A stretch of DNA of 60,736 bases, filler included, from Basidiobolus ranarum (GCA_040143965.1; 4 parts of 4 records of this genome joined end to end with filler, not necessarily neighbours in it); one strand, 5' to 3'; positions 38,229 through 51,326 are shown, counted from the whole stretch's first letter. Numbers and translations are program-made. The notes: generated by a model not told the origin, from the letters alone.

Positions 38229-39924
38229 GATTTGATGTGCAGTTAAAGATATCTCTTTCCGAGGGAGTAATTTTGCATATATATACTGGTACTATCTCGG
38301 AGAAACTGTCTTTGGAATGTCCTTTTGAGATGAAGCAACTGATTTCCCGAAATCTCATTTGCATTGTTATCCCGAATGATTTCATCTGCAATCCGCAAAA
38401 ACGGAAACTGAAAACTTATATTCAAAATTCAAGCTTAACCTCATGCCCAATCCAGGATTGTAAGCCAATCAGCAGAAGAGTTCTGAACCAGAGCAGAACG
38501 AGCGATCTTGAGATCAAGTTTTTCCTGAGATAGTGATGGCTCAGACCCCTCCCCTTCGCTAGATCGTTTTAACAAATAAAGATTGACGTTGGTTGACATT
38601 GTTGGTTTTCATATTTCGGAGAGGAGAAACCGATTTTTCCTTTCGAATCACAAAAAATACGTTGTACTTCTTGGCGGGCATTAATTGCTATATGGATTTT
38701 ACACTTAGGGTTTACCCCAATACAGGGCGTGTTGCTATAAATTGAGGTGTTGCTTCTATTAGGCATAGAGGTACCCTCGTTATAATCAAATATTCTAAAA
38801 TGTAGGCCCAAGTAACACTTCTGCAGTTCAACCCAGTTTGTATATTATAGCATTGTTGTACCTACTTTCTGGATAGCGGAAGCACGTAATGGGTTATTCG
38901 AAAGTAGTCAAGCTATCGTGTGACTTATCACATGATATTGCGAGTTAGTAGTCACATTGAAGAATATGATGGACCTTATCAGATATAGAAGAATCCATAA
39001 AATGAAGTATGGTGCAACTCTGGGGCTTCGATTTGTGTTGCCACATACATTAAGTGAGTATGATGTACATACTTGGATCATATCATGTTGCCACAGCATC
39101 CCATTCAAATACAGGGCCTTAAGAACGTGGAAAACAAATTCGCCTTCGTTCCTCGTCTGAACTCAGAGTTAATGAGGTTAACATGTATGTACACTTTCAC
39201 TCAAACATTCAAATGGGTCGATACTGAAGGTACACATGGTAGTGTGTGATGAGGGGAGATTTAAACTAATGAGCCTTAGAAAGAAAGTCAATGCGTATCA
39301 AATATTGATTAAACGTGTTAATGTAAACTGACTCCATTCATTTGATTGAGCCTGAAATATTATATACCTTAGATTTTTATTATGGGATTTTAGGAGTCCC
39401 TATCGTAAGTTATCAATACAAGTGTTACTGACTATGTTATTAACATCGATTACGATATCAAGGTTTTGGTGCAGATAAGTTTACCAAATATACTTTACTG
39501 CCAATTATGGATCTAACGTCAGTTCTGGAGATTCCCAGTCATGATGAATTCGTTTGCAAAGAATCTCAAGAAGTGAACAAGGCACTCTCAAAGATAATGT
39601 CAAAAAGGATTTTGAAGATATAACTTGTTCTATATATATAACTGCCTATCGCACTATCATAATTATATTGTTTATTTTCGATTTATCATTAGCTACTACA
39701 AACATTTTGACCCGACCATACTTCCTGGTAGTTGTTCTTTCGCTCTCCCTTGCAAGTTCGGCGATAAATCTGCACGCATCTGTCATAGGTCATTTATTTG
39801 TACAAAAATGAGAAGGATCATCATCAATACTAGGGAAATGGCTGCAAATCCTGCCATAATCCTTTCGTCGAAAGATGGGTAACACTAGTTAATTCACCAC
39901 ATGACCGGATCATAATCTCCTATC

Positions 39925-41511
39925 TTAGATCTTTCGGGCAGTTAACTCTTCAATGCTCTTACCCTTGGTTTCATTCACAAAGAAGAAGATACCAAGAAAT
40001 CCGATAGCACAGCAAGCAGCAAAAATCAAGAAAACATAACCATTCATGGCGCTAGAAAGTGTGGGGAAGATAAGGCCAATAACGAAACTAGATATCCAGT
40101 TGAGGGTAAGAGCGATACTTGAAGTAGTCGAAACGGCATTGGTGGGCATCATCTCAGAGATTATAAGAGCAGGAACTGGACCAAGACCAATGGCGAAGAA
40201 AGTAACAAATATCATAACTAGAGATTTAAGGAAGGATTAGAGAAAATTCATTTCAATTAAAGATATCATTCAGAAAACTTACTGGCAGCGACTGTTAGTC
40301 CGTTGTTTTGCAATTGAAGGCCAATACACATAAGGATACAAAAGACACCAGACCCGCCACTTGATATTAGCAACAACATTTTTCTACCCGCACGATCAAT
40401 CAGAATGACTGAAACAATAGTCACTACAACATTCAGACAACCAACACCAACTGTCACATACTTGGCAGGATTGCCATAAATATGAGTGAAAATGGAAGTA
40501 GAGTAATACATGACACCGTTAATTCCCGACCATTGTTGTAGAACTCCAAGACCAGTGCAGATGAAAAAGCTCTTCCTGCAATTTGAGTCTCTGAGGATCT
40601 CGGCCACACTAAGACTCTTAGGGAGATTGGCTGCAGCCTCACGAGCTTTGATGATTTGTTGGTACTCAACCTCAACATCCTGGTTGTCTCTTAACTTGAG
40701 TAATACAAGCCTGGCTTCCTCCTTACGCCCTCTTGACGCAAGATAACGAGGAGTCTCGGAACAGAAAGGAATCAAGGCTACTTGAACAAGGCTGAATGCT
40801 CCAGGTAATGCAACCAGTATTCTCCAACCGATAGGCGTAGACATACCTAAACTCATACATTCAACGACTAGAATACCCATAGTGGTGCAAAACTGGTTAA
40901 AGGCTCCAAAAGTTCCGCGGGTTTTAATCGGTGCAATTTCACCAATGTAAGTAGGCGCAACGACTGTACCAAAGCCGCACCCAAATCCGATGAAGAAACG
41001 TCCGCAAATCCACATACCAGAGTTAATGGAGCAGATAAGTAAAAGGCCACCCAAAACAAAGAAGAAATTGTTCAATAGCAAGGCAAGACGACGTCCCAAT
41101 TTTTCTTGTCCATAACCTCCTAGTAAACTGCCGAATATACCACCCAGAGCATGACTTCCAACAGCCAAACCCCATAACCAGGAGTTCATGGAAAAGCAAT
41201 ACGGGAATATACCGCTTAGTTTTTTGTCGACATCCGGACAATTATGAATTGCTCCAGCGGCTATCGGATAATAGAAACGAGAGAAATAACATACGTTTCA
41301 GTTTCAAGGCTACACACAGAGGAAGAATATAGGTTTGCTTACTAATATTGGCGGAAGATGTATTGTAACCACTGCTGAATCGAACGATACATGTAGTGAA
41401 TACACAGAACAATGTGTACATAGGGTAATTAATGTCTCGCGAATCGATTGGGCTTCTCTTATTGCTGACCGCACCGGGTATCATTGCATTGTCTTTTTTG
41501 GCTTCGCTCAT
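39925..41511 (-). CDS. MFS sugar porter (GLUT/SLC2A-like), 3 exons
   Basis: SGYNTS, LGRR, GRFFIGFGCG, YIGEIAP..RG..G..NQ, ETPRYL, QQWSGINGVMYYS, IDRAGRK, GLGPVP.LIISE and ETKGKS. The exons splice in frame. Confidence 0.93.
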
Positions 41512-44500
41512 GATTTAACAACTGCTGCGAAAAAAGTAAAAAAAGGTTGAATTGTTGCTTGTTTTTGATAGCGTACTAAGCATCGAAGGAAACGCTTTTT
41601 GGGTTTGGTAAGAATGAGGCTGTCAGAGATATTTATTTCATCTTCAGCATTGCTACTTCAGAAAAGTGGCGTTGGGCAGCCATAGATACCAAATCTCGCT
41701 GACTTTCTGAGCAACCAAGAGCGATAAATATGGAAATCCCACAGTTGAAAACCACATTCATAACAAATTCATAGTACACTAGAACAGATCTCTTACTTTT
41801 AGGGCGACTGTTATTTTTGGCAGACAAATAGGATGTGAAATACACGGAAATTAAAAGAGAATTGATTGCCCCAATCTTGGAACCATCGCAAAAATCGCTT
41901 CTAGTGCGTTTCTCTGAATTGGATTGATATCCTTTATTGGCTGCTTACTTCTGTTTTCGAGCGATTCCTTTTTGAAGGATTCACCAGTTTGATGATCGTC
42001 TGCTATCCTCGACATTCGCCAGTGATTTGCAATTTTGGAGCACTGAATCACTGGAAGTGACACTGGCTACTCGTTGGTAGGTTTACTCTTTTGGGGTTGA
42101 CCTACCACAAATGGACTGACTTCTTTACTAGATTAGGAGGAGACGCGAGAATGTCAGGCTAGACCATCACATCTACATGGAATCGGATTAAAAGAACTAA
42201 TCGCACAGCTTAAAGAAGTTAGTATTTACTATCACCTCGAGCGAATATATTCGCATCTCTTTCTCGCAGCTCTATCAGAGCCTGAAAGTGGCGATTGTTT
42301 CATATGGTTGGCCAAACTACTAAGACTCAAAGATCTACCAACCCCAAGCACCAATGGATGCTAGACCTAGCAGGAGCCAAGATATTGGGGAAATCAAAAT
42401 GCAAAGATCCATCCAACACCTAAATCAAGTAAACCTTCCCGTGCAAGGTCTAATTAAACTGAAACTTGCTACCGTGCAAATCCGCAATAATGGAGTTGCT
42501 GAAACCTCCAGCTAACATGCAAATAAAACAAATACTTGCATTTACTCGCGATTCAATCTCCGATCCAAGGTTGAATATCCTTACCCACATCTGATGGGCC
42601 ACTCTCTACCAACTAAGCATGACATGCTTTGCGAGGTCAGTGAGCATTGACCTGCTATACTAGTGCTGAGTCAAGTGTATTTCACTTCTTCGATGCCAAA
42701 ATATCTAACTTCCGAGTAGCCAGATAGTACTCCTTGATTACCATTTTGGTACTTTTTGTTTGCTGGCTTAGTAATCAATCTGCTCCAACATTCATACGAA
42801 CTAATACGTCAGCAGGACTGGAATGATTTTGTCAATCGATCTATTCAGGGGCTAACAGACCATGACTCAAAACAACAAATTCCAATTTATCGAGCCAAAT
42901 TGAGCTACTTGTTTTTAAGATTCCTTGATCCGATATCCAATATTCCATGTGACACTGTGGAAAAGCAACGCTAAATCTGAATACCGGGCGTTAGGAACGG
43001 CCCCTTTCAAAATGTTACGAAAACCATCGAGATCAACTTGATGTTGCAGTAGAGCCATTGGCATGGACAAAGCATGCTTATATCCAGTGTTTAGACGCGG
43101 TTAGGTATCACTTCGTAATCATATCTTTTAACAAATATAGGGAAATAGTCGTATCCTGAGGGAGGGAGTTAAATATATGATTGCAATTACATGACTCTGC
43201 GTCCATCTCTCCCTAGAAACCCTCTACCCATGAATATCTCATTTCACGGGTTGTATTCGAGTATTTCGGCCTTGTCAATCTTAACCTTTACGTGCTATAT
43301 AATCATCATGATCACTAATACCATACTGAGGTATTTTTTGACTTGTCGTAAGTACAAAGTCTATATTAATCTGCCGATTTTCTGAAGAAACTAATGCATT
43401 GAGCTCCTTAGAGTAGTTACTTTTGTCACTGTAAAAAGTAGGAGTAGGTCTATTCACTTCACATTATGACATTATTATCGCCCTCTCTAGGTGTAAAAAT
43501 ATGCAATATTAGTAACATACGATATAGCCTCTCCTTACCATAATGTTTTCGTGGACCATGGAAGACTTAAATATGAGAGCTACGATGGTCAGGTTTGACC
43601 CGTGCCAGTTATCGATTACTCCTTTCTTAGTTTGATTGGTTCCCCGTCTTTCGAGAAATGGATAGATTCTACGTTCGAATGATCACAACAATAGATTTCC
43701 TTCGAGAAATTCGATTTGGACAATTGGGGATGTATCCTAAATAGTGACACTCTCTTGCTGAAGCCATCCATCTTTGTTCATTATGGAATATCCCAGCTAA
43801 GTCCCGTGGTTGATAAAACTGTCAGCAATAATGTTATTGCTGGCCTCATTCCAATAGTAGTAATTCGTGTATTCAGTCTTTGAGCTATCTATACTTATTC
43901 ACTCTTGACGAACATTTCGAAACCCACTGAATATAATTGGGTCAAGTACTACATGTACAGAATTCCAAATTAACTCACACACTGCTGAAAGAAGCTTGGG
44001 TAGGAGAATGCTCAGGAGTCAGTCAAAGCAAACCCCAACACTTCGTTAACATTCTACTTGGTTGTGTCATGACTTTGGGTATCCGACTCAAAATATATTA
44101 ATTCTACAATGTGTGCACCATTCCAAATTAGTAAATGAGTGTCAAACTCACACGTATCGAAAGTGCTAGTCTCTGTGTTGCTGAACTGGGCTATGACGAA
44201 GCCATTACGAACTTCTATTATGTGGTATATGAAATTCAGATTAATTATACAATCTTAACAAAGTGTGCGATCCCTCGTAACGAATTCACTTTTTTACATG
44301 TGGTTTTTCAAATTGCGATATCTCAGTACTCAGCCGGCCACTCAAGCCAAATTTTTCATATTTGCATGCAAATATCTCGGAAAGTATTATGTTATTTAAG
44401 CCTCTTGCTACTAAGGTTTGCAATCTTTGATCAGGTGAATCAGATTTAAACTCAGTGATTTTTGGTTTGGAATATTCGGAATTATCCCTTTTTTCCTTCA

Positions 44501-44871
44501 GTATTTCGCAGTAAGTCTCTTTTTTTTCATCGTCTTCTATCACGATCCGTAACGGTATCAACAAACTTAAGCCTCAAAACTAATCTGTTTTAATACAAAT
44601 ATTGGATCACTAAAATGGTAAATACCCTTAACAACAGAGATGGGTTAAATTTGGAAGCTATACATAGTTCATTAACATTGATGTATGGATTAACAGCTTG
44701 ATATAACCTCTCATAAGAGAATGGAGGCTACTACGCAACCCATTAATCAGGGCGATGCAGTAAAAGCACTCATGATATTAAATATTATCTATGCTACTGA
44801 AGATTTAAGTTTGTTGTGATACATGAAGTCACTATGATAAGGTGAAAATAAAGTACTTACCTAGAAGTAAC

Positions 44872-45208
44872 TGTTAAAGTGTTTGGGAGCCTGTTGGAAG
44901 TGGTTTGGAGAATTAGAGAAATTGGTGGTTTTCACTTGTTGATTTATTGAGTAGAAAATTGATATTTATAGTTTTGTCAGGATGTAAACAAACTAACATG
45001 TAGAATGTGTTAAGGAAGGTCCCAGGAACATGTGTGCCAATTTGGGGCTTCTTTGAAAAATCTATATATCTGAGAACTTCTAAGATGGTGTCAATATTCC
45101 AAGTAAATTCCAATTGAGAATAATGGATAATATCTTAGTGGAATATAGATAACCAAGTACTAAGCTATATATGACTATATAGGTGTTTAGGAAAAGCTAA
45201 ATTCAACA
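44872..45208 (-). mobile_element. 3' LTR (family A, 337 bp) of a Ty1/copia element
   Basis: TGTT...AACA termini, with the polypurine tract GAGGGAGAG (45209-45217, minus strand) directly adjacent. Confidence 0.9.
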
Positions 45209-45217
45209 CTCTCCCTC

Positions 45218-45548
45218 AACTAAATAGTCATATAAACTAATCCTAAGGAAGGTCTAAATTTCTCAAATTTCTATCTAGCTAAAGGTTTGGTTATTATATC
45301 AGCAATCATGTCTTCTATAGAACAATAAGTCAAGTCAACAAACTTATTCTCTATAGTCTCTCTAATGAAATGATGTCAAATATCTATATGTTTGCTTCTA
45401 TAATGAAATGTGGGATTTCTAGCTAATTTGATACAGCTTTGATTATCTTGAAATATTGTAGTTGGTGAATTTTGAGAATAGCCTAAATCTGATAAGAGTT
45501 TTCTTAACCATATTGCTTCTTTTATTGCTTCACAGCCAGCCATGTATT
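45218..45548 (-). mobile_element. Ty1/copia RNase H domain, degenerate
   Basis: EAIKEAIWLRKLLSDLG...TIFQDNQSCIKLARNP.FH.RSKHIDI.HHFIRE...MIADIITKPL, with in-frame stops. It is cut at 45549 by TGTTAAAGT, the edge of another family-A LTR. Confidence 0.92.
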
Positions 45549-45557
45549 TGTTAAAGT

Positions 45558-45657
45558 NNNNNNNNNNNNNNNNNNNNNNNNNNNNNNNNNNNNNNNNNNN
45601 NTTAATTAATTAANNNNNNNNNNNNNNNNNNNNNNNNNNNNNNNNNNNNNNNNNNNN
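45558..45657. other. Assembly spacer (N44-TTAATTAATTAA-N44)
   Basis: Same 100-nt linker as the other gaps. Confidence 0.98.
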
Positions 45658-45710
45658 GAAAAGCTGGCCGTGTTAAAGGTGACGCTCGCATGGAGGCCAA
45701 CTCGAATTAA
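45658..45710 (+). CDS. 3' end of a CsbD/Hmp1-like copy (A), cut by the contig edge
   Basis: KAGRVKGDARMEANSN-stop, matching the C-terminus of the intact copies. Confidence 0.85.
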
Positions 45711-45779
45711 TGAGTGACACCCACCCAGATTAAATTGTAAATAAAAAGAACGCCATATGAAAAATTAAGTTGTTTTATT

Positions 45780-46014
45780 ATGAAATTTATTTATATTTCG
45801 GTTATTTGTTCGTTGATAGTGTTATTGACCTTAGTTAACGCAATCAAGGTTAATTGCCGAGACTGCTATAGAGCTGATGATGATCAAGTTACAAAGAAAT
45901 GCTGTAGCAGTGCTGGAGGTAAGTTCATCACTGGTCCAACTACTTGTGATACGGGCAAAATGTTTAGCAAGAAAAGTTCATAGATTGCTGTTATATTAGC
46001 AAGTGTGATGGTTA
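45780..46014 (+). CDS. Small secreted cysteine-rich protein, apparently frameshifted near 45975
   Basis: Signal peptide MKFIYISVICSLIVLLTLVNA followed by C-x2-C...TKKCC...C. A 1-nt shift in AAGAAAAG continues the frame as KFIDCCYISKCDG-stop, giving 8 mature Cys. Confidence 0.6.
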
Positions 46015-46613
46015 ATATTATCAATAGATAATATGATAAGGTGTCCTTGGTGATTTGGCCATAGTTTTTAAAAGCTTAAAGGTACAAAATGTATTGTAAA
46101 ATGTACATGATACATGGGCTATTTTTAAAAGGGGGAGGTTGGGGGGGGGTCGGGAAAAAGTAAGGCGAGCTAAGCTATACGTTTTTAGCTATGCGAGGTA
46201 TAATTTTCTCACGAGAAAATAAGTAACACATGCTTATAGCTAAGATGAAAACCCAAAATATGGTATGTGTGAGTTCAGTAAGTATGTAGAAACATTGATA
46301 AGAGCCGCTATATGTAGTTGAGTTGAAAACGATCTTCTAGATTACCACCGAGGTTGAGCTAGCATCTTAGAAGACGTATCATCTGAGGTATCGAAGTGTT
46401 ATATTCATACCTCCAGAAATAATAATTTCACTCACAAAAGCCACCCAAGTTGTGAGGAAGAGTTCTACTATTAACGTAGGATATACTATATAATGTGACC
46501 CTTATCTTCGGTTGGCAAACAAATACATTAGAGTATTCTTAACTGTTGATCACTACATCATATTGCAGCAGATGTAAATTATATATTTTCAAGGGAGAAG
46601 CAACTTGAGACCA

Positions 46614-46736
46614 TTACTAAAATTGGCTTCCATGCAGCTTTTTCTCTTTAATTCAGCTCGCTTTTCCTTCAGATTCCATTTGTTCGTTTCCAACAGCATA
46701 GCCGACTGTGCTTTTGACATTTCCTTTTAATTTCTC
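46614..46736 (-). pseudogene. CsbD/Hmp1-like 3' half fragment (B)
   Basis: EKLKGNVKSTVGYAVGNEQMESEGKAS-stop...MEAN. Confidence 0.85.
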
Positions 46737-47097
46737 ATGGACAAATTTAATGCTAACGTCAAGTCAACCTCCGGAGCTGTCAAAGAAAATGTCGGTAGCG
46801 CTATTAGTAACGAACATATGCAGGATGAGGAAAATTCCAGAAGAATCGGGAGTAATGCATGATCCTAGAAAGTCATTTTTTTGGCTTATATCTACGGTGC
46901 TGGAGTGAGGCTTATGGGATATATCAAGAATACGGTTGGTGCAAGCCAAAACTGAAGGTTATGTTTAAGGTGCTAGAGAGAAGTTTAAAGAAAATACCAA
47001 GATCACGGTTGACAGGTCAGCTGGGAATGAACAGATGAAAACTTAGGGTAAGGTTGGTGGGGCCAAAGGTGAAGCTCGCATGGAAGTTAATGAATAA
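46737..47097 (+). pseudogene. CsbD/Hmp1-like pseudogene (C)
   Basis: MDKFNANVKSTSGAVKENVGSAISNEHMQ...NA-stop, then a duplicated and decayed middle and KVGGAKGEARMEVN. Confidence 0.85.
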
Positions 47098-47445
47098 CAT
47101 TGATATTGATTAGTAAATAAACTAAATGGAATATTAAAGATTGAACTACATGAATTGGTAATATGCCTGAATAAAATTATTTAAATTGCTACTCGAATTG
47201 AACTATCAACTTCTAAAATATATCAAAATATTGTTTCTTATACTTTCAAGAAAAGAGCATTGTACTCCGAAAATACCGTCAGAGTTGCGAGCGCGATTTG
47301 TGATACTAACTTAGAGCCATATTATTAATCGTGTCCTTTTCATTAAATTTGTAGTTAAAATCATACGAATAGTTTAACTCTGATATTGATGTATAGTAAT
47401 ATGGCAGATGCAACTAATTTATTTACAAGAAATAGTATGAGATCA

Positions 47446-47736
47446 TTAATTAGAATTAGCTTCCATACGAGCTTCACCTTTGACTCTACCAGCTTTCCCT
47501 TCGGCTTCCATTTGTTCATTTCCTACTGCGCAACCAACTGTGTTCTTGACATTGCCCTTAAGCTTCTCACCAGCACCTTGAGCATATCCTTCAGCTTGAG
47601 CTTTCTTGTATTCAGCATTTCCCTCGGCTCTTCTGGCCTTTCCTTCCGCTTGCATTTGCTCGTTTCCGATAGCACTACCAACATTCTCCTTGATGGCACC
47701 AGAGGTTGACTTGACGTTAGCGTTGAACTTATCCAT
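47446..47736 (-). CDS. CsbD/Hmp1-like hydrophilin, 96 aa (copy D)
   Basis: Two CsbD-type repeats (G.xKE/N.VG.A.GNEQM.AEGK) joined by AEYKKAQAEGYAQG. Intact ORF with a TATA box. Confidence 0.9.
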   Translation of the reverse strand: MDKFNANVKSTSGAIKENVGSAIGNEQMQAEGKARRAEGNAEYKKAQAEGYAQGAGEKLKGNVKNTVGCAVGNEQMEAEGKAGRVKGEARMEANSN

Positions 47737-48535
47737 GATTTTAGTTATTGAAAGTAGATTGTATGAGTTTGATGATTGTATTTCTGGGGCTTATTGCGGA
47801 TTTATATAGTCATGGTCGATCATGTTAACGCATTGGCATATGATTAATTAGTAACTGAGATTCTGTCATCATTCGTTCATATCCGTAGATACGCTACTGA
47901 TGATCGGAATGAACTATAAATCGACGTCAGAACGAAAATGCTATATAAAGTTAATACTATTTTACGTCACTAAAGTTCATACCACAAAATCAACACAAAA
48001 AGTAAATAAAGTAGAATTCGTACTGAAATTATCTATATAATTTGGTTGTTGTTGACAAAAAGTACATTTGAGCTTCAGAAAAGGTCTCTTATATTACTTG
48101 CTATTCTGGATCCTGCCTGTCTCACACAATAATTTCCCGATTATTTCCAAATATTTTAGGTTAGACCTCAAATTACATTGGAACTAAATTTAGCAAAATA
48201 TTTATAAATACCTGAAAGCAGAATTGTGGTACTTATAACGCTTGAATTACTTGGGCTGTTAACCGAATGGAAATCAGATTTATTATGCTTGGTAATATTA
48301 ATTTACATTCTTGATTTCTTTCTACAAAACCTTACAGATTTTGCTTAATATTCAATTTGATCGCCAAAAGAGAGTCATTATAAGATTCAGGTGCCTTTAG
48401 TTGCATTAGTTTAACTGTATCAGAAACAGCATTCGAACTAAACCTTGTAAAATTAAGAGAGAAGTATGCATTATTGAATTTTGGGATTATGATCCTCAGG
48501 TGTATTTATTTACAAATTAGAAGCAGTACTAGAAA

Positions 48536-48826
48536 TTAGCTGGAGTTGGCTTCCATACGGGCCTCTCCTTTTACACGACCGGCTTTTCCTTCGGCTTCCA
48601 TTTGTTCGTTTCCTACGGCACAACCAACAGTGTTTTTAACATTGCCTTTAAGCTTCTCTCCAGCACCTTGAGCATACCCTTCAGCTTGAGCTTTCTTGTA
48701 TTCGGCATTACCTTCAGCTCTTCTGGCCTTTCCTTCCGCTTGCATTTGCTCGTTTCCGATAGCACTACCGACATTCTCTTTGATAGCACCAGAGGTCGAC
48801 TTGACGTTAGCATTGAATTTATCCAT
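48536..48826 (-). CDS. CsbD/Hmp1-like hydrophilin, 96 aa (copy E)
   Basis: Intact; identical to copy D except the last residue. Confidence 0.9.
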   Translation of the reverse strand: MDKFNANVKSTSGAIKENVGSAIGNEQMQAEGKARRAEGNAEYKKAQAEGYAQGAGEKLKGNVKNTVGCAVGNEQMEAEGKAGRVKGEARMEANSS

Positions 48827-49183
48827 TTTGATTGTTAGTAGATTTTGAAGTACGACGTTAGTTGTTGAGGATAGGAACGTTGATATGATTGTAAAACTGT
48901 TGAGCATCCAACAGTGTTTATATTGTAATTTCTGATCAAATGATTTTGTGATGTCAGAATGAAATTAACCTAGGATAGTATTTTTGTTCTGACGTCAATT
49001 TATAGTTCATTCCGATCATCAGTAGCGTATCTACGGATATGAACAAATGATGACAGAATCTCAGTTACTAATTAATCATATGCTAACACGTTAACATGAG
49101 CGACCGAAACTATATAAATCCGCAAGAAGTTGCAGTACATACAATCATCAAACTCATACTACCTACATTCAACAACTAAAATC
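48827..49183. promoter_or_regulatory. Divergent (bidirectional) promoter of the E/F pair
   Basis: 357 bp between outward-facing ATGs, with a TATA-like box on each strand. The TCAGTTACTAATT and AACATGA.C.ACCG..ACTATATAA blocks recur in the other cassettes. Confidence 0.6.
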
Positions 49184-49474
49184 ATGGATAAATTCAACGC
49201 TAACGTCAAGTCTACCTCTGGGGCCGTCAAGGAGAATGTCGGTAGTGCTATCGGGAACGAGCAGATGCAAGCTGAAGGAAAGGCCAGAAGAGCCGAGGGA
49301 AATGCTGAATACAAGAAAGCCCAAGCTGAAGGCTATGCTCAAGGTGCCGGTGAGAAATTAAAAGGCAATGTCAAGAACACAGTTGGCAGTGCTGTCGGAA
49401 ACGAACAAATGGAAGCCGAAGGAAAAGCGGGCAGAGTCAAAGGTGAAGCTCGTATGGAAGCCAATTCTAATTAA
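49184..49474 (+). CDS. CsbD/Hmp1-like hydrophilin, 96 aa (copy F)
   Basis: Intact ORF MDKFNANVKS...MEANSN. Confidence 0.9.
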   Translation: MDKFNANVKSTSGAVKENVGSAIGNEQMQAEGKARRAEGNAEYKKAQAEGYAQGAGEKLKGNVKNTVGSAVGNEQMEAEGKAGRVKGEARMEANSN

Positions 49475-49728
49475 AAATCTCCAATTGCCTCTTGTTTGTA
49501 AATAAAAAAACTATATCTATTATAAAACTACTTTATGCCCAACAGTTAGGAATGCTCTTGCGTATTTGTTCGCAAATCGCATATAATTGACACAGTATTG
49601 GATGTATATTTAGAAGTGAAGGTAATATTTCTCACCCACCACTTTGACGGTATCTGCGAAGTAATATTCTCTTCTCTGGCTAAAACCAACTCCTGCATAC
49701 TTCTTCAATATACCTGTGCAACCTCAGT

Positions 49729-49772
49729 GTCGGGTCAAAGATGAAGCTCGTATGGAAGCCAATGCCGGTTAA
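49729..49772 (+). pseudogene. CsbD/Hmp1-like C-terminal fragment (G)
   Basis: RVKDEARMEANAG-stop, with a 3' flank resembling those of copies C and L. Confidence 0.75.
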
Positions 49773-50043
49773 CGAGTAATGTTGACATTGATTCGTAAAT
49801 AAACTAAATGTAATACTGAAAATTGAAACTACGTACGCATTTCAAGAAAAGAGCATGGCCTTCCAAAAATATCTCTAGAGTTGTGAGCATGACTTATGAA
49901 ATTTGCTTAGAGCTATATATTATTTTCCGCCTCTTTTTTATTAAATTTATAGCTAAACAATACGAATATTTTAGAACGCTGGTACTACTGTAATATATCC
50001 GATATGATTCATTTATTTACAAAACAGAAACAATTTGAAATTA

Positions 50044-50334
50044 TTAATTAGAATTGGCTTCCATACGAGCTTCCCCTTTGGCACGGCCCACTTTTCCTTC
50101 GGCTTCCATTTGTTCGTTTCCTACTGCGCAGCCAACTGTGTTCTTGACATTTCCCTTAAGCTTCTCTCCAGCGCCTTGAGCATAACCTTCAGCTTGGGCT
50201 TTCTTGTATTCAGCATTACCTTCGGCTCTTCTGGCCTTTCCTTCGGCTTGCATTTGTTCGTTTCCGATAGCACTTCCGACATTCTCTTTGATGGCGCCAG
50301 AGGTTGACTTGACATTAGCGTTGAATTTATCCAT
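50044..50334 (-). CDS. CsbD/Hmp1-like hydrophilin, 96 aa (copy H)
   Basis: Intact ORF. Confidence 0.9.
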   Translation of the reverse strand: MDKFNANVKSTSGAIKENVGSAIGNEQMQAEGKARRAEGNAEYKKAQAEGYAQGAGEKLKGNVKNTVGCAVGNEQMEAEGKVGRAKGEARMEANSN

Positions 50335-51035
50335 GATTTTGCGATGAGAGTAAGTTGATTTAGTTGATAATATTCAGAGACCACTATTGCAGTGTTATAT
50401 AGTCACGGTTAATGATGTCAAGTTACTGCTATTTGATACAAATTGACAACTGACTAATTAGTAACTGAGATTAGATCATCATTTGTTCATATCCGTAGAT
50501 ACGCTACTGATGATCGGAATAAACTATAAATCAACGTCAGAACGAAAATGCTATATAAAGTTAATACGATTTTACGTCACTAAAGTTCATACCACAAAAT
50601 CAACACAAAAAGTAAACAAAGTTGGATTCGAACTGAAATTATCTATACAATTTGGTCATTGTTGATCAAAAGTTCATTTGAGCTTCGACAAAGTTTCTTA
50701 TAGTATATTGCTATTCTGAACTCTGCCGACCCGACTTACAATTTCCCGATTATTTCTAAATATTTTCGGTTAGACCTTAAACCACATTGTATTGTTTCAG
50801 ATAGAGTCAAACTAATGTATTAGGGCTATATTTAGTGAAATTAAAAGAGAAGTACATTATGCCATCATAAAAAGTCACATTGCTTTCAACATACAATATA
50901 TGTAACAAACGAATAATTCACTGAACCAAAGTTAGAATTATGATACTCAAGAGTGTTTATTTACAAATCAGAAGCGGTACTAGAAGTTAGTTCGAGTTGG
51001 CTGACATACAAGACAATTAATTACTGGCTCTCTAG

Positions 51036-51326
51036 CTAATTGGAATTGGCTTCCATGCGAGCGTCACCTTTGACACGACCAGCTTTTCCTTCAGCTTCCA
51101 TTTGTTCGTTTCCTATTGCACAGCCAGCAGTGTTCTTGATATTGCCTTTAAGCTTTTCTCCAGCGCCTTGAGCATAACCCTCAGCTTGAGCTTTCTTGTA
51201 TTCAGCATTACCTTCGGCTCTTCTGGCCTTTCCTTCAGCTTGCATTTGTTCGTTTCCGATAGCACTTCCGACATTCTCCTTGACAGCTCCTGAGGTTGAC
51301 TTGACGTTGGCGTTGAATTTATCCAT
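51036..51326 (-). CDS. CsbD/Hmp1-like hydrophilin, 96 aa (copy I)
   Basis: Intact ORF. Confidence 0.9.
   Translation of the reverse strand: MDKFNANVKSTSGAVKENVGSAIGNEQMQAEGKARRAEGNAEYKKAQAEGYAQGAGEKLKGNIKNTAGCAIGNEQMEAEGKAGRVKGDARMEANSN

Noticed and set aside
31965-41511. SDR + ABCB + MFS as a secondary-metabolite or detoxification cluster
   Set aside because: No backbone synthase or regulator is on the contig, and all three are common families.
43560-44564. Minus-strand coding-like fragments next to the copia LTR
   Set aside because: No recognisable motif or consistent gene model.
15148-45657. TTAATTAATTAA palindrome repeated at ~15-kb spacing
   Set aside because: It is an artificial contig linker embedded in N runs, not biological sequence.
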